From the NCBI GenBank assembly GCA_965207225.1, contig CBDBLV010000004.1, forward strand, positions 480,001 to 544,000: DNA of 64,000 nucleotides. The letters run 5' to 3'. The translations under genes were made by a program, and so were the position numbers. Positions within the stretch are counted from its first letter, which is position 1; each line of letters opens with the position of its first letter. Shown piece by piece: positions 28,443 to 38,812 of the stretch. The notes beneath the pieces are model-generated. The model saw nothing but the letters and a program-made list of their open reading frames with translations. It made no database searches and was not told the origin of the DNA. The stretch is from Dehalococcoidia bacterium (GTDB lineage: Bacteria > Chloroflexota > Dehalococcoidia > Plut-88900).

Positions 28443-29032
28443 CGTCCGATCGAACGCTAACTCACATAAGCAAAGGAGGAACCAAAAACCTAAGGGAAGC
28501 CCCCGAGACCCGACACCGAGGACTCAACACCCTAGCCCATCCCAATACCTCTCCCCTCTCTTGTAGGGGCGACCGGCCAATCGCCCTCCCTTCTGAGGCG
28601 GGCAGGTTGCGGCACAAGCGAACAGCGCCATCTCCTCATCTTCACGGGTCCCGTGTCCCTTCCCTACCCATCCAGGCGATGGAAGGTCCACAACATTAAC
28701 CGGCACGCTCCTCACAAGGGAGCCCTGCCGAAAAACCTCGGGCTATTACGCCCTTGGAAAAATCTCCCCCGTCGTTCCCCTCGGAGATTCCCTTTAACCC
28801 AGCGACGGCAGCGAGAAAACGTGTTCCCCACCCCTCCGAGTGGGTCGAGCCAAACTGAAAAACTGGTGGTAGAGATGCCCTCTGGCGAGAAGTCCTCGCT
28901 TGTCTGCCATGTGACACAGGAACACGGGGCTGAACCAGGCTGGCCTCCCGCCCCCTGAAACTGAGTCCCGGACCTTCCATCGCCGACCCCCTCCAAAACA
29001 GACAAAACGAAAAAGAAAACCCTACAACTGAA
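28443..29032 (+). ncRNA. Putative large structured ncRNA, copy 1 (unassigned family)
   Basis: Scaffold shared with 48568-49197, long-range stems, upstream promoter, no conserved ORF. Confidence 0.55.
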
Positions 29033-29152
29033 TGCGGTCGTGATGTCTCTCATAGCCATCCGAACGAGTACACCGCCTTGAACCCGAGCCCCCCATCCCC
29101 GATAATGCCCCTATCTCGACCCCCTGACGCAACCCTTGGGAGGAGGAACGCT

Positions 29153-30544
29153 ATGAGGGCCACCGACGCCGCGATCGCATTTATCCACAACACCACGCTC
29201 GACGACATGCCGCCCGAGGTGCAACACCTCGGCAAGCGCGCCATTCTCGACACCGTAGGCGTGTCCCTGGCCGCCGCCAGGGACGAGGCCGTAGCCATCC
29301 TATCCGAGACCCTCGCCGGCCGCGGCGGCAACCCCACGGCCACCGTCATCGGCCGCGACCAGCGCGCCGACGCCCTCTCAGCCGCCCTCGTCAACGGCGT
29401 CATGGCCCACGCCCTCGACTATGATGACGTCAACGATTCCTGCATGGGCCACCCCAGCGCCCCCCTCGTCCCCGCCGTTCTCGCCCTCGGCGAAGAGCTC
29501 GGGTCGTCAGGGGCCCAGGTCCTGGAGGCCTTCCTCATAGGCTTTGAGCTCGAATGCAAGCTTGGCCTGGCCATCGGCAACGCACACTACGCCAGGGGCT
29601 GGCACGCCACCGCCACCACCGGCACCATGGCCGCCGCGGCCGCCTGCTCCAAGCTGCTGGCCCTCAACCCCGACCGCATAGGCATGGCCCTCGGCATCGC
29701 CGCCTCTTCATCCGCCGGCATGAGGATCAACTTCGGCACCATGACCAAGCCCTTCCACGTCGGGCAGGCCGCCCGGGCCGGCCTGATGGCGGCCCTTCTC
29801 GCCTCCAACGGCTTCACAGCCTCCGCCGACATCCTTGACCACCCCATCGACTACACTCGCGTCTTCGCCGACAAGGACGAAGCCGACTCCTCCCGCATAG
29901 TTGGCACGTTGGGCAACCCCTGGGACATCGTCTCCCCCGGCCTCGTCGTAAAGAAGTTCCCCTGTTGCAACAGCACCCACCGCACCATCGACGCCACCCT
30001 CGCCCTCGCCCACGAGCACACCCCCTCCCCCGACTCCATCGACAACGTCGTCATCTCCATGCCCCCCGGCGAGGACATCCCCCTCATCTACAGCCGCGCC
30101 ACCACCGGCCTCGAGGGCAAGTTTTGCATGCAGTACTGCGTGGCATCCGCCATCCTGGACCGCAAGGTCACCCTCGACACTTTCCAGCAGGACCACGTCG
30201 ACAGGGAGGAAGTGCAACGCCTCTCAGGCCTGGTCAAGCTCGAATACGATGACACCCAGGAGCCCGTCGTGGTCAACGCTGGCGGCTACATCGACGTCAC
30301 CATCAATATGAAGGACGGCAATTCTTTCACCCGGCGCATCGACAAGGCCCGCGGCACCCCCGAGTACCCCCTCACCGACGAAGAGCTCACCGACAAGTTC
30401 AACTCCTGCGCCGTCAGAACCCTCGACCCCCCCCAGGTCAAACAGGCCGCCTCCCAAATCTTCGCTCTCGATGACCTCTCCGATGTCAGGGATCTGATGG
30501 CCACCATCGCGGCCCCCGCCCTGGCTCCCGCCCGCGGCAGCTGA
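29153..30544 (+). CDS. MmgE/PrpD family protein
   Basis: HALDYDD, GHPS, RGWH, GTMTKPFH, KKFPCC, GKFC. Confidence 0.9.
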   Translation: MRATDAAIAFIHNTTLDDMPPEVQHLGKRAILDTVGVSLAAARDEAVAILSETLAGRGGNPTATVIGRDQRADALSAALVNGVMAHALDYDDVNDSCMGHPSAPLVPAVLALGEELGSSGAQVLEAFLIGFELECKLGLAIGNAHYARGWHATATTGTMAAAAACSKLLALNPDRIGMALGIAASSSAGMRINFGTMTKPFHVGQAARAGLMAALLASNGFTASADILDHPIDYTRVFADKDEADSSRIVGTLGNPWDIVSPGLVVKKFPCCNSTHRTIDATLALAHEHTPSPDSIDNVVISMPPGEDIPLIYSRATTGLEGKFCMQYCVASAILDRKVTLDTFQQDHVDREEVQRLSGLVKLEYDDTQEPVVVNAGGYIDVTINMKDGNSFTRRIDKARGTPEYPLTDEELTDKFNSCAVRTLDPPQVKQAASQIFALDDLSDVRDLMATIAAPALAPARGS

Positions 30545-30639
30545 GGCAGTGCCTCCAACATTAGAATTCCATGCATTCCCGGGCCACAAGGCCCGGTAGC
30601 CACGGGCTAGAATCGGGCCGATTGCCCAGCAGTTGCGTA

Positions 30640-30700
30640 TTGACTACGTACCGCCCGCGTGGTAAATTCTCCTTCACCTGTCCGCACCTTAACAACTGAA
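30640..30700 (+). promoter_or_regulatory. rRNA promoter and boxA-like leader
   Basis: TTGACT-17 nt-TAAATT with extended -10 TG; GCACCTTAACAACTGAA boxA-like. Confidence 0.7.
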
Positions 30701-30740
30701 TAGTGGAAGGAAGCCAGCAGCTAGGTAAGCAAAAGAAAAC

Positions 30741-32340
<1,600 letters not shown>

Positions 32341-32475
32341 GGGAGTAACTCTCCCGCCCACAGGGTGCGGAGACAGCTCCTAGGTCGGTCTCTCCGGCTA
32401 GCCCGGAGAGCTTTATCCTCCCACTGGGAGGACCCGGCTTCCTTCCACTATTGAGTTGCTAAGGCGACAGGAAAA

Positions 32476-32508
32476 GACGGGCCGGAATATCCGGCCCGTC
32501 TCTCTTTA
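32476..32508 (+). terminator. Terminator of 16S transcript
   Basis: GACGGGCCGGA-AT-ATCCGGCCCGTC then TCTCTTT. Confidence 0.75.
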
Positions 32509-32553
32509 TTAGCCACAGTCACCGTGTGATAGACTGATTTGCAGGAGGCCGAT

Positions 32554-32766
32554 ATGCAAAGCATTGAAGTTGTCTTGTATAAAGAAAATGAGGTGTGGGT
32601 GGCACAGGCATTAAACGTTGATGTTTCGTCTTTTGGAGACACCCGCGAAGAGGCCCGCTCTGCCATTCAAGAGGCTTTGGAACTGTATTTCGAAGACGCG
32701 GAAAGCGCAGACGTTATCGAAGTCTCCGACGTGAAGTTAGAGACGGTCAGCGTTGCCGTCTTATAG
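32554..32766 (+). CDS. hicB: HicB-family antitoxin
   Basis: SSFGDTREEARSAIQEALELYFE. Confidence 0.85.
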   Translation: MQSIEVVLYKENEVWVAQALNVDVSSFGDTREEARSAIQEALELYFEDAESADVIEVSDVKLETVSVAVL

Positions 32767-32983
32767 CAACCTCGAAGTAGTGCGGGCATTGGAGCGTTTA
32801 GGATTTCGGAAAGTGTCCCAGCGAGGAAGCCACCTCAAAATGAGGCTGAAAACCCCAGAAATAACCAGGGCAGTTATCGTAAAGATGGGTGCCAAAGATG
32901 TGCCACCGGGCACAATGGCTTCAATCCTTCGTCAGGCAGGGCTTAGCCGGGAAGAATTCCGGGCTGCGGTTAGAGGCGATTAG
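32753..32983 (+). CDS. hicA: HicA-family mRNA interferase toxin
   Basis: ALERLGF..SQRGSH..GTMASILRQAGL. Confidence 0.88.
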   Translation: MPSYSNLEVVRALERLGFRKVSQRGSHLKMRLKTPEITRAVIVKMGAKDVPPGTMASILRQAGLSREEFRAAVRGD

Positions 32984-33001
32984 GCAGGGGTCCTAAACTC
33001 C

Positions 33002-35059
33002 CTACCCCTCCAAAGACTCCGCCAATATCTCCACCAGGTCCTTCGCCTCCAGCTTCCCTTCCTGTTCCTTCACCCGGATCCCGTCCTCGAACATCTGCAG
33101 ACAGAACGGGCACGACGTCCCCACCACCTCCGCCCCCGTATCCAGCGCATGCTCCGTCCTCACGTGGTTGATCCTCTTCCCCTTGGACGACTCCTCGATC
33201 CACATATGACCGCCCCCCGCCCCGCAGCAGAACCCCCGACTCCGGTTCCTCGCCATCTCCAGAGTCTTGATCCCCGGGATCTTCTTCATCATTCTTCGAG
33301 GCTCTTCATAGACTCCGTTGTGCCGACCCAGGTAGCACGAATCATGGTAGGCGACCTTCTTGTCGATAGGCTTCTTCGCCTTTATCTTGCCCTGCTCCAT
33401 CAGCTGGTCGATGAACTGATTATGGTGCAGCACCTCGAACTCGCCCCCGAACTGCGGATACTCGTTTTTCAGCGTGTTGAAGCAGTGCGGGCATGCCGTG
33501 ACTATTCGGTTGATGCCGTGCTTCTTTAGCGTCTCGATGTTCTGCTCCGCCATCAGCTGGAACAGGTACTCGTTCCCCATTCGCCGTGCCGGGTCCCCGT
33601 TACACGTCTCCTCATCCCCAAGGATCGAGAAGTTCACCCCTGCCGTATTCATCACCGACGCCAATGATTTGGCTATCCCCTGGCTCCTCTCCTCCAGCGC
33701 AGGCGTACACCCGACCCAGAACAGCACGTCGGGGTGGGGATTATCTGAGATCAGCTTGACGTCCACGCCCTCCGTCCAGTCAGTCCGAGTGAACTTTGTG
33801 CCGGACCAGGGATGGCCTCGTGTCTCCATGCTTCGGAGGGCGGCCTGGCCGGTCTCGGGCATCTTGCCTTCTTCCAGCACCAGGTGCCGGCGCATGTCTA
33901 CTATGCTGTCTATGTGCTCGATGGCCACCGGGCATTCCTGCTCGCAGGCGCCGCAGGTAACGCAGTCCCAGATCGCCTCCTCGGACACGGCATGCCCGAT
34001 GACCGGTATCGACGAACCGTTCCCGTTCTCACCCTCGGCCTTGATAACCCCAGGCCCGACTTCAAGCAGGTGGTCCTTTATCCCCTCCACCACGTGCATC
34101 GGCGAAAGCACCTTGCCCGTCAGGTTAGCAGGGCAAGCGTCCGAGCATCGACCGCACACCGCACAGGCGTAGCCGTCCAGCAGCTCTTTCCATGTGAACT
34201 CGTTGACCAGGTTAGCCCCGAAGCTCTCCGCAGTCTCGATGTCCTTGATCGGGTGAAGGGTGCCTCTCGGGTTTACGTCGTGGAGGAATGCGTTGATTGG
34301 CGCCCCGATCATGTGCATGTGCTTGGAGAACGGAATGTACATGCTGAAGCCGATAATCAACGCCAGGTGAGCCCACCAGAAGATCCCGTGTAAGGTGTTC
34401 ACCACCCCGAAGCTCGCCCCGTCGAACAGCTTCCCGAGCAGTGTCCCTACCGGCGAGGCCGCATGCGGGCTCACTTCCGCCACCGCATCCTGGTTGACCA
34501 TTGCGTTATAGAAACCTTCAACCAGGAATGTGAGAATCATCAGGTTGGCTATTGCCGCGACGATGATTACTGCATCCGAACTCCGGGTCAGGTCGAAGCT
34601 CAACCGCCTTGGCTTCGCCAGCCACCGCCGCACCAGCGCCCAGGTAAGAGCCGTCAGAATCGCAAGCCCAAGGGCGTCCAACACGAACACGTATACCTTG
34701 ACCCCGGTGTCGGTCAGTATCGTCTCGGAGATGTGCGGGTTAATCGAGTCCAGGAACACGAAGAGCACGTAGCTCAGCGCGAAGCACAGGAATCCCCAGA
34801 ACACGAAAACGTGCCCGAGCCCGGCTTTGTCCTTCAACGATACCCTCTGGAGTACCTTCCTCTGGCCCAGCACCACCACCAGGGCGTTCATGCTTCTCTG
34901 GATCGGGTGGTCGAACCGGTTCTCCTTCTTACCCAGCATCACCAGGCGGAACACACGGGTGTAGACCACGTAGCCCGCAAACCCGAACCCAAGCACCGCA
35001 AATGCGAACACTCCGATCCAGAGCGGTATGAATCCAAAAATCTCGCCTGGTGGCACCAT
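33002..35059 (-). CDS. FadF/HdrD-like membrane Fe-S oxidoreductase
   Basis: TM region, CAVCGRCSDACP and CVTCGACEQECP, two CCG domains. Confidence 0.88.
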   Translation of the reverse strand: MVPPGEIFGFIPLWIGVFAFAVLGFGFAGYVVYTRVFRLVMLGKKENRFDHPIQRSMNALVVVLGQRKVLQRVSLKDKAGLGHVFVFWGFLCFALSYVLFVFLDSINPHISETILTDTGVKVYVFVLDALGLAILTALTWALVRRWLAKPRRLSFDLTRSSDAVIIVAAIANLMILTFLVEGFYNAMVNQDAVAEVSPHAASPVGTLLGKLFDGASFGVVNTLHGIFWWAHLALIIGFSMYIPFSKHMHMIGAPINAFLHDVNPRGTLHPIKDIETAESFGANLVNEFTWKELLDGYACAVCGRCSDACPANLTGKVLSPMHVVEGIKDHLLEVGPGVIKAEGENGNGSSIPVIGHAVSEEAIWDCVTCGACEQECPVAIEHIDSIVDMRRHLVLEEGKMPETGQAALRSMETRGHPWSGTKFTRTDWTEGVDVKLISDNPHPDVLFWVGCTPALEERSQGIAKSLASVMNTAGVNFSILGDEETCNGDPARRMGNEYLFQLMAEQNIETLKKHGINRIVTACPHCFNTLKNEYPQFGGEFEVLHHNQFIDQLMEQGKIKAKKPIDKKVAYHDSCYLGRHNGVYEEPRRMMKKIPGIKTLEMARNRSRGFCCGAGGGHMWIEESSKGKRINHVRTEHALDTGAEVVGTSCPFCLQMFEDGIRVKEQEGKLEAKDLVEILAESLEG

Positions 35060-35140
35060 ATTTTTCGTGTCTCCTGAGGGGGAATTTACGAACGGAAACC
35101 GGGCCGCGAGTGTAGCACGCCCCAAACTCCGCCAACAAGC

Positions 35141-35167
35141 GAAGGGGCCGCACATGGCGGCCCCTTC
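35141..35167. terminator. Hairpin between the HdrB-like and FadF-like genes
   Basis: GAAGGGGCCGC-ACATG-GCGGCCCCTTC. Confidence 0.5.
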
Positions 35168-35194
35168 TTGACTATCTTTCTTCTCGGAATATCC

Positions 35195-36079
35195 CTAAAC
35201 CCCAGCCTTCCTCTTCGCCTTCTCCTCCACTGGCGCAGTCGACACCAGGTGCCTCTGCATCTCCATCTCCTTCGGGCTGAACCCGAGCGCCAGCCCGACC
35301 AGCTGCGGCAGATGCAGCACAGGCAGGTTTATCTTCTTACCCTTGTGCTGTTCCGCCCGACTCTGCGTCCCGTCCAACTCCAGGTGGCAGAGTGGACAGG
35401 GGGTTACCATCGCGTCGGCGCCCTTGTCCTTTGCCTCCAGCGTGTGAGTCCCGCACATCTCCAGGCTGTTCCGCTCGTTGGGGTACAGGATCGGGAACCC
35501 ACAGCACTTCCCTTTGCCCTTTGTCGCGACAACATTGCCACCGAGAGCCTTGATGGCGTTCTCTAGCGACACCTTCCGGCTCTCCTTGCCCTTCGGCACT
35601 ACCACCTCCGGTGGACGCCGCAGATAGCAGCCGTAGAAGGCAGCGACATTGAGCTCCTCGAGGGGGTTCACCACCATCTCCTGCAGCTTGTCCAGCCCAT
35701 AGTCCTCGTCCAGGACCCACAGGAAGTGCTTTACATCCGTGGTGCCTCTGTATTCAAGGCCTTCCTCCGCCAGGTACTCCCGGTTGATCCTGTCCCGGTA
35801 CTCGGGATCGTTGACCAACCGATGGTTAGCCTGCATCAGGCAGCCCTGGCAGGTGCTGCAGATCGTCATTATCGGTAGGCCCATAGCCTCGGCTTTAGCC
35901 AGCGTCCGGGCGTTGATCGGGTCTGAAACCTCCCTGCTCAGCACCCCTGCCCCCGTACACCCGACATCCTTCATCTCGAACAGCTCGATCCCAAGCTTTT
36001 CGGCTACCTTTATCGCCGCCGGGTACAGCTCGGGGCAGCCGCCTTTTGCTACACAGCCCGGGTAAAATGCGTATCTCAT
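35195..36079 (-). CDS. HdrB/SdhE-like CCG-domain subunit
   Basis: YPGC..ICSTC; FYGC..CCG..TPCPLC. Confidence 0.88.
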   Translation of the reverse strand: MRYAFYPGCVAKGGCPELYPAAIKVAEKLGIELFEMKDVGCTGAGVLSREVSDPINARTLAKAEAMGLPIMTICSTCQGCLMQANHRLVNDPEYRDRINREYLAEEGLEYRGTTDVKHFLWVLDEDYGLDKLQEMVVNPLEELNVAAFYGCYLRRPPEVVVPKGKESRKVSLENAIKALGGNVVATKGKGKCCGFPILYPNERNSLEMCGTHTLEAKDKGADAMVTPCPLCHLELDGTQSRAEQHKGKKINLPVLHLPQLVGLALGFSPKEMEMQRHLVSTAPVEEKAKRKAGV

Positions 36080-37032
36080 TTGCTGCCTTTCTCCCACGTT
36101 TCGAATATCCTCTTGATGTGCTTGGCGCCCGGCCTCTTCTTGTGCAGATATGGCAGAGGCGCTTTGCGATGCGCCATCGCCTTGGCCGCCGTAGGCACCA
36201 GGTGCATCAGCCCTCCGATATTGGTCAGACCCTCGCTCTCGATGGCGAGCCGGGCCTCGTCCAGCCACCCGCTCGACTTTATCGACTTAGCAAAGCTGTC
36301 GTTGTGTCGCACCACCCGCGGAGTCCCGATGCCCCTCTTTATCGCCTCGTCCCTCAACGACAGAATCCTGTCCGTCGGGTCGATGCCCTTGGGGCAGTGC
36401 TCCGTCGCCTCGAAGCAGTGGACGCAGTCCCACATCCCCCTCTTCTCGCTCAGCTCCGAAAGCCGTCTTTCGATCACCTTGTCCCGGGGATCAGCCACCG
36501 GCTTGAACGCCCTCGTCAGCGCCGCCGGCCCGAGGAACGTCTTGTCGATGACCAGCACCGTGCATCCCTCGTCGCACATCCCGCACAACGTGCAGCTGGA
36601 GGCCTCCTGTAGTTCCTTGATCTTCTCCTGGGAGACTATGTGTTCCTCCGCAGGCCCGGGCGGCGAAGGCTCGATCCAGGGCTTCGTGGTTGCATACTTG
36701 TCGAACAGGAACTCTTCCTGGTCGTAGATCAGGTCCTTCACTTCCTTTACAAGCCTGGGCGGATCGAGCGTGATCTCTCCATCCACCTGGGCCTTGGAGA
36801 CCGGCATTCTGCACGCCCACTTCGCCTTGCCGTTAACCCTCATCGTGCAATCGCCGCAGAAGCCCGTCCGGCACGAGCCCCGGAACGACAAAGTCGCGTC
36901 CTGCTCATCTCGCACCTGGATCAAGGCATCCAGCACCGTGCTCTGCTCCTCCACCTCTACGGAGTAGGTCTGCCGGCTCCCGTCCCCGTTCGACACGGGA
37001 TCGTAGCGTCTTACATTCAGATTCACCTGCAT
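36076..37032 (-). CDS. sdhB: Succinate dehydrogenase/fumarate reductase-like Fe-S subunit
   Basis: [35 protein letters not shown]. Confidence 0.85.
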   Translation of the reverse strand: MQVNLNVRRYDPVSNGDGSRQTYSVEVEEQSTVLDALIQVRDEQDATLSFRGSCRTGFCGDCTMRVNGKAKWACRMPVSKAQVDGEITLDPPRLVKEVKDLIYDQEEFLFDKYATTKPWIEPSPPGPAEEHIVSQEKIKELQEASSCTLCGMCDEGCTVLVIDKTFLGPAALTRAFKPVADPRDKVIERRLSELSEKRGMWDCVHCFEATEHCPKGIDPTDRILSLRDEAIKRGIGTPRVVRHNDSFAKSIKSSGWLDEARLAIESEGLTNIGGLMHLVPTAAKAMAHRKAPLPYLHKKRPGAKHIKRIFETWEKGSK

Positions 37033-38655
37033 CTAGCTGCTCCCTTCCGGCTGCCATCTGGTGACCGTTACGGGTTCATAGTCCAGTTTAACCCCGTCGC
37101 CCGAACCCCGGGCCACGGTATGCTTAAGCCAGTTCTCATCGTCCCTGTTCGGGAAGTCCGTCCGGGAGTGCGAACCCCTGCTTTCTTCCCGCGCCAGCGC
37201 CGAGGCTACAATAACCCCGGCCACGTCCAGCATGTTCCCCAGCTCGATTATCGAGCCGATCTCCGTGCTGTATCCTGTAGCTGGCCCCTGCACCCCAACC
37301 GCATCGCACCTTTCCCTCAACTCCGACAGTTTCGCTGCCGCCGCATCCAGCCCCGAGCCGTCCCTGTATATGCCCGCGTTTTCCTGCATCAGGGAGGCCA
37401 GCTCCCCCCTGATAACGCCTGCGCTATCGCTGCCCTTCCCCCGGGCCGCAATTGCCGCGACCTTCCTCTCCTCATCCGCCTGGTGGGATGCCAGGTCGGG
37501 TGCAGGCCCCACAGACCCAGCGTGCCCCGCCGCCGACTCCCCCGCTCTCCGGCCAACCACTACGCTCTCCAGAAGCGAGTTGCCGCCCAGCCGGTTCGCC
37601 CCGTTCAGCCCCGAGTTCGCACACTCACCGGCAGCATACAACCCCGCCACCTCCGTCGAGCCTGAACCGTCGGTCTTTATCCCGCCGATGGGCCGGTGCA
37701 TCACCGGCCTTACCGGGACCGGGTCCTTGCTTATGTCAATGCCGGCTAGGTCCTTTATCAGCGCCCGGGTCTCGGCCAGCCGCCCCGAGTCAACACTCGT
37801 GAAGTCAAGAGATACATCCCCGTTTACAAGCTCTTTTGCCACAGCCTGCGACACCACGTCGGAGCTTGCTAGGGAGTCGACCTGTGAACTATTAGATCCC
37901 ACCAGCACCGCCCCCTCTCCCCGTGCTGCTGCGGTTATCAAGACTCCATTCGGGGCCAAAGCAGTGGGTGCGAATTGCACCATCTCCATGTCCCTCAAAG
38001 CCGCTCCCGCTCGATACGCCATAGCCACCCCGTCGCCCGTGGAAGCCGTGGATGCCGTGTTGTCCCGGTACATTCGACCCATTCCACCCGTCGCCAGCAC
38101 CACCGCCCCCGACGAATACGCGACCAGCGAACCATCCCTCAGGCTTCGCGCAAACACCCCCTGGCAGGACCCGTCATCCATCATGATCAATGACACCGCC
38201 GAGCAGTCGTGGTGTACGGGTATCTGCACCCTCAAGACCTGTTCGTAGAGCGTCTGCAGGACGTTGTGGCCCGTGGCGTCACCGCAGTAGCAGGTGCGTG
38301 CCTCGGAAGACGCCGGGAACTTTATCTGGTCTATTCTCCCGTCGCCGTTCCGGTCGAATGGCACGCCCATGTGCTCCAGGCCAATGACCCTGGCAGCCGC
38401 CTCCTGGCAGATGCTTTCAACCACATCCTGGTCGGACAGGTAGGCGCCCGCCTTGACCGTATCCAGCCCGTGCGACTCCCAAGCATCCGCCCCCCTCAGC
38501 CCCGCATTTATCCCACTCTGCGCCCCCGACGAATGACTGCGCAACGGGTGCTGCTTGGTAACTATGCAAACGCTCGCCCCCTGCTCCCGGGCCGACAGGG
38601 CGGCGCTCATACCGGCGAAGCCTCCGCCAACTACTACTACGTCATATCGAGGCAA
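37033..38655 (-). CDS. SdhA-like flavoprotein with altered active site
   Basis: GGGFAG, RSHS, GANRLGGNSL, REESRGSH; QFHPT, TE and RD motifs altered; TTG start after AGGAGG. Confidence 0.85.
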   Translation of the reverse strand: MPRYDVVVVGGGFAGMSAALSAREQGASVCIVTKQHPLRSHSSGAQSGINAGLRGADAWESHGLDTVKAGAYLSDQDVVESICQEAAARVIGLEHMGVPFDRNGDGRIDQIKFPASSEARTCYCGDATGHNVLQTLYEQVLRVQIPVHHDCSAVSLIMMDDGSCQGVFARSLRDGSLVAYSSGAVVLATGGMGRMYRDNTASTASTGDGVAMAYRAGAALRDMEMVQFAPTALAPNGVLITAAARGEGAVLVGSNSSQVDSLASSDVVSQAVAKELVNGDVSLDFTSVDSGRLAETRALIKDLAGIDISKDPVPVRPVMHRPIGGIKTDGSGSTEVAGLYAAGECANSGLNGANRLGGNSLLESVVVGRRAGESAAGHAGSVGPAPDLASHQADEERKVAAIAARGKGSDSAGVIRGELASLMQENAGIYRDGSGLDAAAAKLSELRERCDAVGVQGPATGYSTEIGSIIELGNMLDVAGVIVASALAREESRGSHSRTDFPNRDDENWLKHTVARGSGDGVKLDYEPVTVTRWQPEGSS

Positions 38656-38812
38656 TGGCTCCTCCTGTAAGGGAAAATGCGGCGGTTTCATTCAGGGGTG
38701 ACCGCGCGGGGATTATATTTAATGGCTGGGCTGGGTGTCAAAAGCCTCAGGCATGATTTGCTCGTGATATCATATCTCCGGTTCCCGTCATCCCCGCTGG
38801 AGGTTAATTAAC

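Noticed and set aside
27700-28566. ORFs of 60-180 aa across the palindrome cluster
   Set aside because: Low-complexity translations of repeats with no SD or family motifs.
28955-28995. Minus-strand ATGGAAGGTCCGGGACTC resembles RNase P GAGGAAAGTCCGGGCTC
   Set aside because: No matching 3' P4 strand or other RNase P conserved regions; it is one arm of an inverted repeat and occurs twice.
28443-29032. tmRNA, group I/II intron or retron identity for the repeated element
   Set aside because: No T-arm/CCA end, no domain V, stem order inconsistent with P7/P8/P9, and no RT in the window.
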